A DNA stretch of 10,088 nucleotides from NCBI GenBank assembly GCA_018985225.1, contig JADGIF010000363.1, positions 1-10,088 on the forward strand, read 5' to 3'. The position numbers and the translations under genes are program-made. Source of the DNA: Amoeboradix gromovi X-113 (lineage: Eukaryota > Fungi > Sanchytriomycota). Below the pieces are notes generated by a model. It did not search any database. It had not been told where the DNA came from and saw nothing but the letters and a program-made list of their open reading frames with translations. Positions 7,102-10,088 of this stretch are shown here, one piece after another. Position 1 is the first letter of the stretch; the number at the start of each line of letters is the position of its first letter.

Positions 7102-7245
7102 CTAACTAGCAGTGTAAATAGACGGTTTAACGTCTTTAGCTGCCTTTTTCTTAGCAAGTTCCTCTTTCTTAGCTTTTCCACTCTTTGGCTGACTTTTTTC
7201 TACCTCTGAATGTGATTTGGGTTGAAATTGTGTTTTTGGAGGCAT
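7102..7245 (-). other. Short Lys-rich ORF (47 aa), possible first exon or pseudogene N-terminus
   Basis: MPPKTQFQPKSHSEVEKSQPKSGKAKKEELAKKKAAKDVKPSIYTAS*. An MPPK start is common in eukaryotic proteins, and the stop lies within GTTAGT, a possible 5' splice donor. Confidence 0.3.
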
Positions 7246-7989
7246 TATACTTCAGTTTTACACTTTCTCCTTGAACTTATCTCACGTGAATCGCAGAACA
7301 CCAATCAAATTTCGCGCAATAAATATCCTAGAGGGTTATTCACATTGCTCGGAGCCATTTTCATCTTCAATGGTGAAGATTTGCAGAGCAATAACGTTAG
7401 GAAATAATATAACAATAATTAAAAATTCAGGGATGGTATGTCCGGTATGCTTGTAATAAAGAAAAATCAGTTAGCAGGTTGTGGAGTACTTAGAGAGGTA
7501 TGCTATGAAACTGAATTGGGCACTGATAATAAGCGGGAAAACGAATTTGCCAACTGTCTACGTATTTGATGAATAAATCATTTATTGTATCGCATGGACA
7601 AACTATGCTTAAAGACTTTTGAAACTGAATATATAAGGTATCGGTTCTTTTGCTTTATGACAAATGTTTTCACGTCAGCGCCAAAATGTGTCAAATATAA
7701 ACAAGTCACTATTAAATACGGATTTAGTCACATGATCAGAGTTGCAAAGCTTGAAAACGGAAATAAATGTCAAAATAAAATTTATATCTTTTAAAAAATT
7801 ACAAATACTGCTAGCCTTTACGTCAGTTTATATTGTTCTCTTGTACACTTACTACTGCAAAACATTCATAAACATTATCGGCAAGTCCTTTCTCTAAGAG
7901 ATCAACAGAATTTCATACAAGAAAGAAATTTCATTGTGGAATTTTGGCTAGCAATCTTTTTAATTTTCTTAAAGAAAAAAGGAGCTAAA

Positions 7990-9660
7990 ATGATTTTGAT
8001 TTGTTTCCTCATCACGGCTACTCTCGAAAAGTCTGAAAGGATATTTAATCATGCGTTGGACGGCTACCTGAAGTATGCGTACCCTGCCGATGAACTAGAT
8101 CCTTTAAATTGCACTTCAAAGGACCCTAAAATGGGCATTGATATCATGGGTAACTATACTCTTTCCTTAATAGATTCATTAACAACTGCTTTAACCATGC
8201 GCCAGCCCCTTCGATTTATTGAGTTGATGAATTTGTTAATAATTCCAGATTTCGATTTAAATAGTACTGTCAGTGTATTTGAGGTAACTATCCGTGTTCT
8301 CGGTGCTTTGACAAGCTCTGCCCTATTATTAAAAGATAGCCACTTCCTGAACTGGCTATCTGATGACGCTACAATTATCAGTACAATTGTGGACTTTTAT
8401 CCTAAACTTCATTATTTGAGTCTCGACTTGGGGGGTCGATTGTTAAAAGCGTTCGATACGATAACAGGGATACCAGCTTCTAAAATTAATCTCAGGCATG
8501 GAATTCCTACCTACAATAGAACTAATTTAATTTATTCCCATAATTTACACAAATCCTATAGAATTACAAACCCCGCTTCAGCTAGCACTCTGCTGTTAGA
8601 GTTTGGAATGCTAAGTGAATTAACTAACAATCTCACATATTATAACTACGCGAAAAGGGCTGTGTTTGCCGCGTTTAACACTCGCTCTAAAATCGGTTTA
8701 TTCGGCAATGAGATAAACATAGACGGTAAAGTGATAGATCATCATCACTCATTGGGTGGTGGCATAGACAGTCTATATGAATACTTGTTCAAAGGTTATT
8801 TGATATTTAATGATGAAAGTTTTTTGGATTTATTCTTAATTTCATATCAACAGTTGATGACATTCAACGCTTATACCAGTAGTAGCAAATACTATTTTAA
8901 ACATAACAAGCAATGCTTTAGAGTGGATGTGCCCTCTTCCTTCCATTTGAGTGTGCACAAAGATAGTTCGAGGATATTGATACCACGAATAAGCGGTTTA
9001 GCAGCGTTCTTTCCTGGTTTGCAGATATTGCTAGGAGATTCCAATCAGGCCTTTTATCATCTGCTGGTGTACATTAGATTACTTGAGATCTATCCATTTG
9101 TACCCGAGGCGTTTAATCTTAACTCAAACAATGTAGAATTCAACATGTACTTGTTACGACCGGAAGTTTTTGAAAGCATGGTGTTTATAGGAAGCGCGTT
9201 TAAAGATAGTTTGCCGGTCTTGAGGTCATTGATGACTGAAAGCATTGACAGGCTGAATTATTACTGCAAGACATCTTGTGGATACGCAAGTCTTAGTAAC
9301 CTTATAATGGCAACAAAAGAGCCTAGAATGGAATCTTACTTCTTAAGTGAGACCGCCAAGTACATGTATTTGATGTTTAACCAGAATCATATGTTTTTGG
9401 GAATAAACTACACGTTCACAACCGAGGGACACCCAGTCAGAATACTGAACTGGAGTAAACAAAAATCGATGTATCCAATGTTTAATATAACAGACCAGAG
9501 AGTGCTGAAAATAAAAAGGACAAAACAGTGTTTATTGGCAACAGATCCCTATCAGCACTTGACACATGCTACATTTAAAAGTTTTGACAAATACATAACA
9601 GACAAAAAAATTAAGAGATTGATCAGGCGAGCATACAAAAAAGTCTTGTTCAACTTCTAA
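7990..9660 (+). CDS. Glycoside hydrolase family 47 class I alpha-1,2-mannosidase, EDEM/Htm1(Mnl1)-like, 556 aa
   Basis: GH47 motifs in order: LSLIDSLTT, VSVFEVTIRVLGAL, TLLLEFGMLSELT, GGGIDSLYEYLFK, YLLRPEVFES, RMESYFLSETAKYMYLMF, FTTEGHP. The first ATG is 7990 (MILICFLITA, short hydrophobic leader); the track start at 7936 is a GTG. Confidence 0.93.
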   Translation: MILICFLITATLEKSERIFNHALDGYLKYAYPADELDPLNCTSKDPKMGIDIMGNYTLSLIDSLTTALTMRQPLRFIELMNLLIIPDFDLNSTVSVFEVTIRVLGALTSSALLLKDSHFLNWLSDDATIISTIVDFYPKLHYLSLDLGGRLLKAFDTITGIPASKINLRHGIPTYNRTNLIYSHNLHKSYRITNPASASTLLLEFGMLSELTNNLTYYNYAKRAVFAAFNTRSKIGLFGNEINIDGKVIDHHHSLGGGIDSLYEYLFKGYLIFNDESFLDLFLISYQQLMTFNAYTSSSKYYFKHNKQCFRVDVPSSFHLSVHKDSSRILIPRISGLAAFFPGLQILLGDSNQAFYHLLVYIRLLEIYPFVPEAFNLNSNNVEFNMYLLRPEVFESMVFIGSAFKDSLPVLRSLMTESIDRLNYYCKTSCGYASLSNLIMATKEPRMESYFLSETAKYMYLMFNQNHMFLGINYTFTTEGHPVRILNWSKQKSMYPMFNITDQRVLKIKRTKQCLLATDPYQHLTHATFKSFDKYITDKKIKRLIRRAYKKVLFNF

Positions 9661-9958
9661 CTTAATAAATAGCTGTATGATTACGCTGCCCATCTTATTA
9701 ACCGGACGTGATAATTCCTTCTAAAAATAATATATGGTTTAAATACCAGTGGAGCAGTTTCTGGGGTGTGGACTAATTTACGATTATATCATCAATAATT
9801 TCTTCTCCTCTGCGTGTTTTTCGCAATTATTTTAAAAAATGACTTTATAGTTTGGTTTACTACCTAAAACATTTTTGGAAATGGTGAGCTCCAAATTCGT
9901 CATAATGTCAGCCAGTACACAATCAGATTTCAACCTGAAAACCACTGGTGCTCTTAAA

Positions 9959-10032
9959 CAAATGGGACATCAAATATAAAAACTAGACTAACTTTCTGTA
10001 GCAACTTGGAACATTATTTCAGCTTTATTAAT
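9959..10032 (-). mobile_element. Partial copy of MITE family A (the opposite end)
   Basis: CAAATGGGACATCAAATATAAAAACTAGACTAACTTTCTGTAGCAACTTGGAACATTATTTCA matches the revcomp of 3676..3738 (CATTTGAGACATCAAATACAAAAACTAGACTAACTTTCTGAAATAGTTTGAATCATTATTTCA). Confidence 0.78.
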
Positions 10033-10088
10033 TTTATGGATTTAAGAGGCGAGTGGACATTCAGCTATTTGCGGAGTTGACGAGTATA

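Noticed and set aside
7222-7794. ORFs 7222..7407, 7271..7456 and 7585..7794
   Set aside because: Short, non-ATG starts, no motifs; probably intergenic or promoter DNA upstream of GH47.
7936-7989. GTG-initiated N-terminal extension of GH47
   Set aside because: In a eukaryotic context the ATG at 7990 (AAAATG) is favoured; an upstream exon cannot be excluded.
58-9992. One large composite transposon bounded by the inverted repeats at 58..91 and 9959..9992
   Set aside because: Subterminal homology to the 3455..3738 MITE shows both repeats belong to separate elements whose interiors point out of the window.
1-10088. Alternative genetic code (TAA/TAG = Gln) explaining the many stop-broken frames
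   Set aside because: The GH47 and RING genes are stop-free and end in TAA and TAG. The broken frames also contain frameshifts and deletions, so they are pseudogenes.

Overview
AT-rich eukaryotic DNA in the standard genetic code, probably a compact fungal or protist genome (inference from gene content). Two apparently intact, intron-less host genes bracket the window: a TM + RING-H2 E3 ligase (206..574, -) and a GH47 EDEM/Mnl1-type alpha-1,2-mannosidase (7990..9660, +). Between them lies about 7 kb of transposon debris. The main signal is two diverged, internally deleted IS607-type/Fanzor2 (eukaryotic TnpB, OMEGA) elements at ~2111..2702 and ~6402..6951. Each keeps a left end, the N-terminal HTH stub of the serine recombinase TnpA, the C-terminal Zn-ribbon/RuvC-III stub of Fanzor/TnpB, and a conserved three-hairpin right end that looks like an omegaRNA scaffold. 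That scaffold shows compensatory base changes and is followed by different flanking (guide) sequences in the two copies. The window also holds three copies of one MITE family (GGGACAYCAAATATAAAAACTAGAC TIR), a possible Tc1/IS630 transposase relic, a second unrelated MITE with 49-bp TIRs, and a decayed Crinkler-type P-loop NTPase + restriction-endonuclease-fold gene. All alignments, translations and pairings were done by hand; family assignments come from motif recognition, not database searches.
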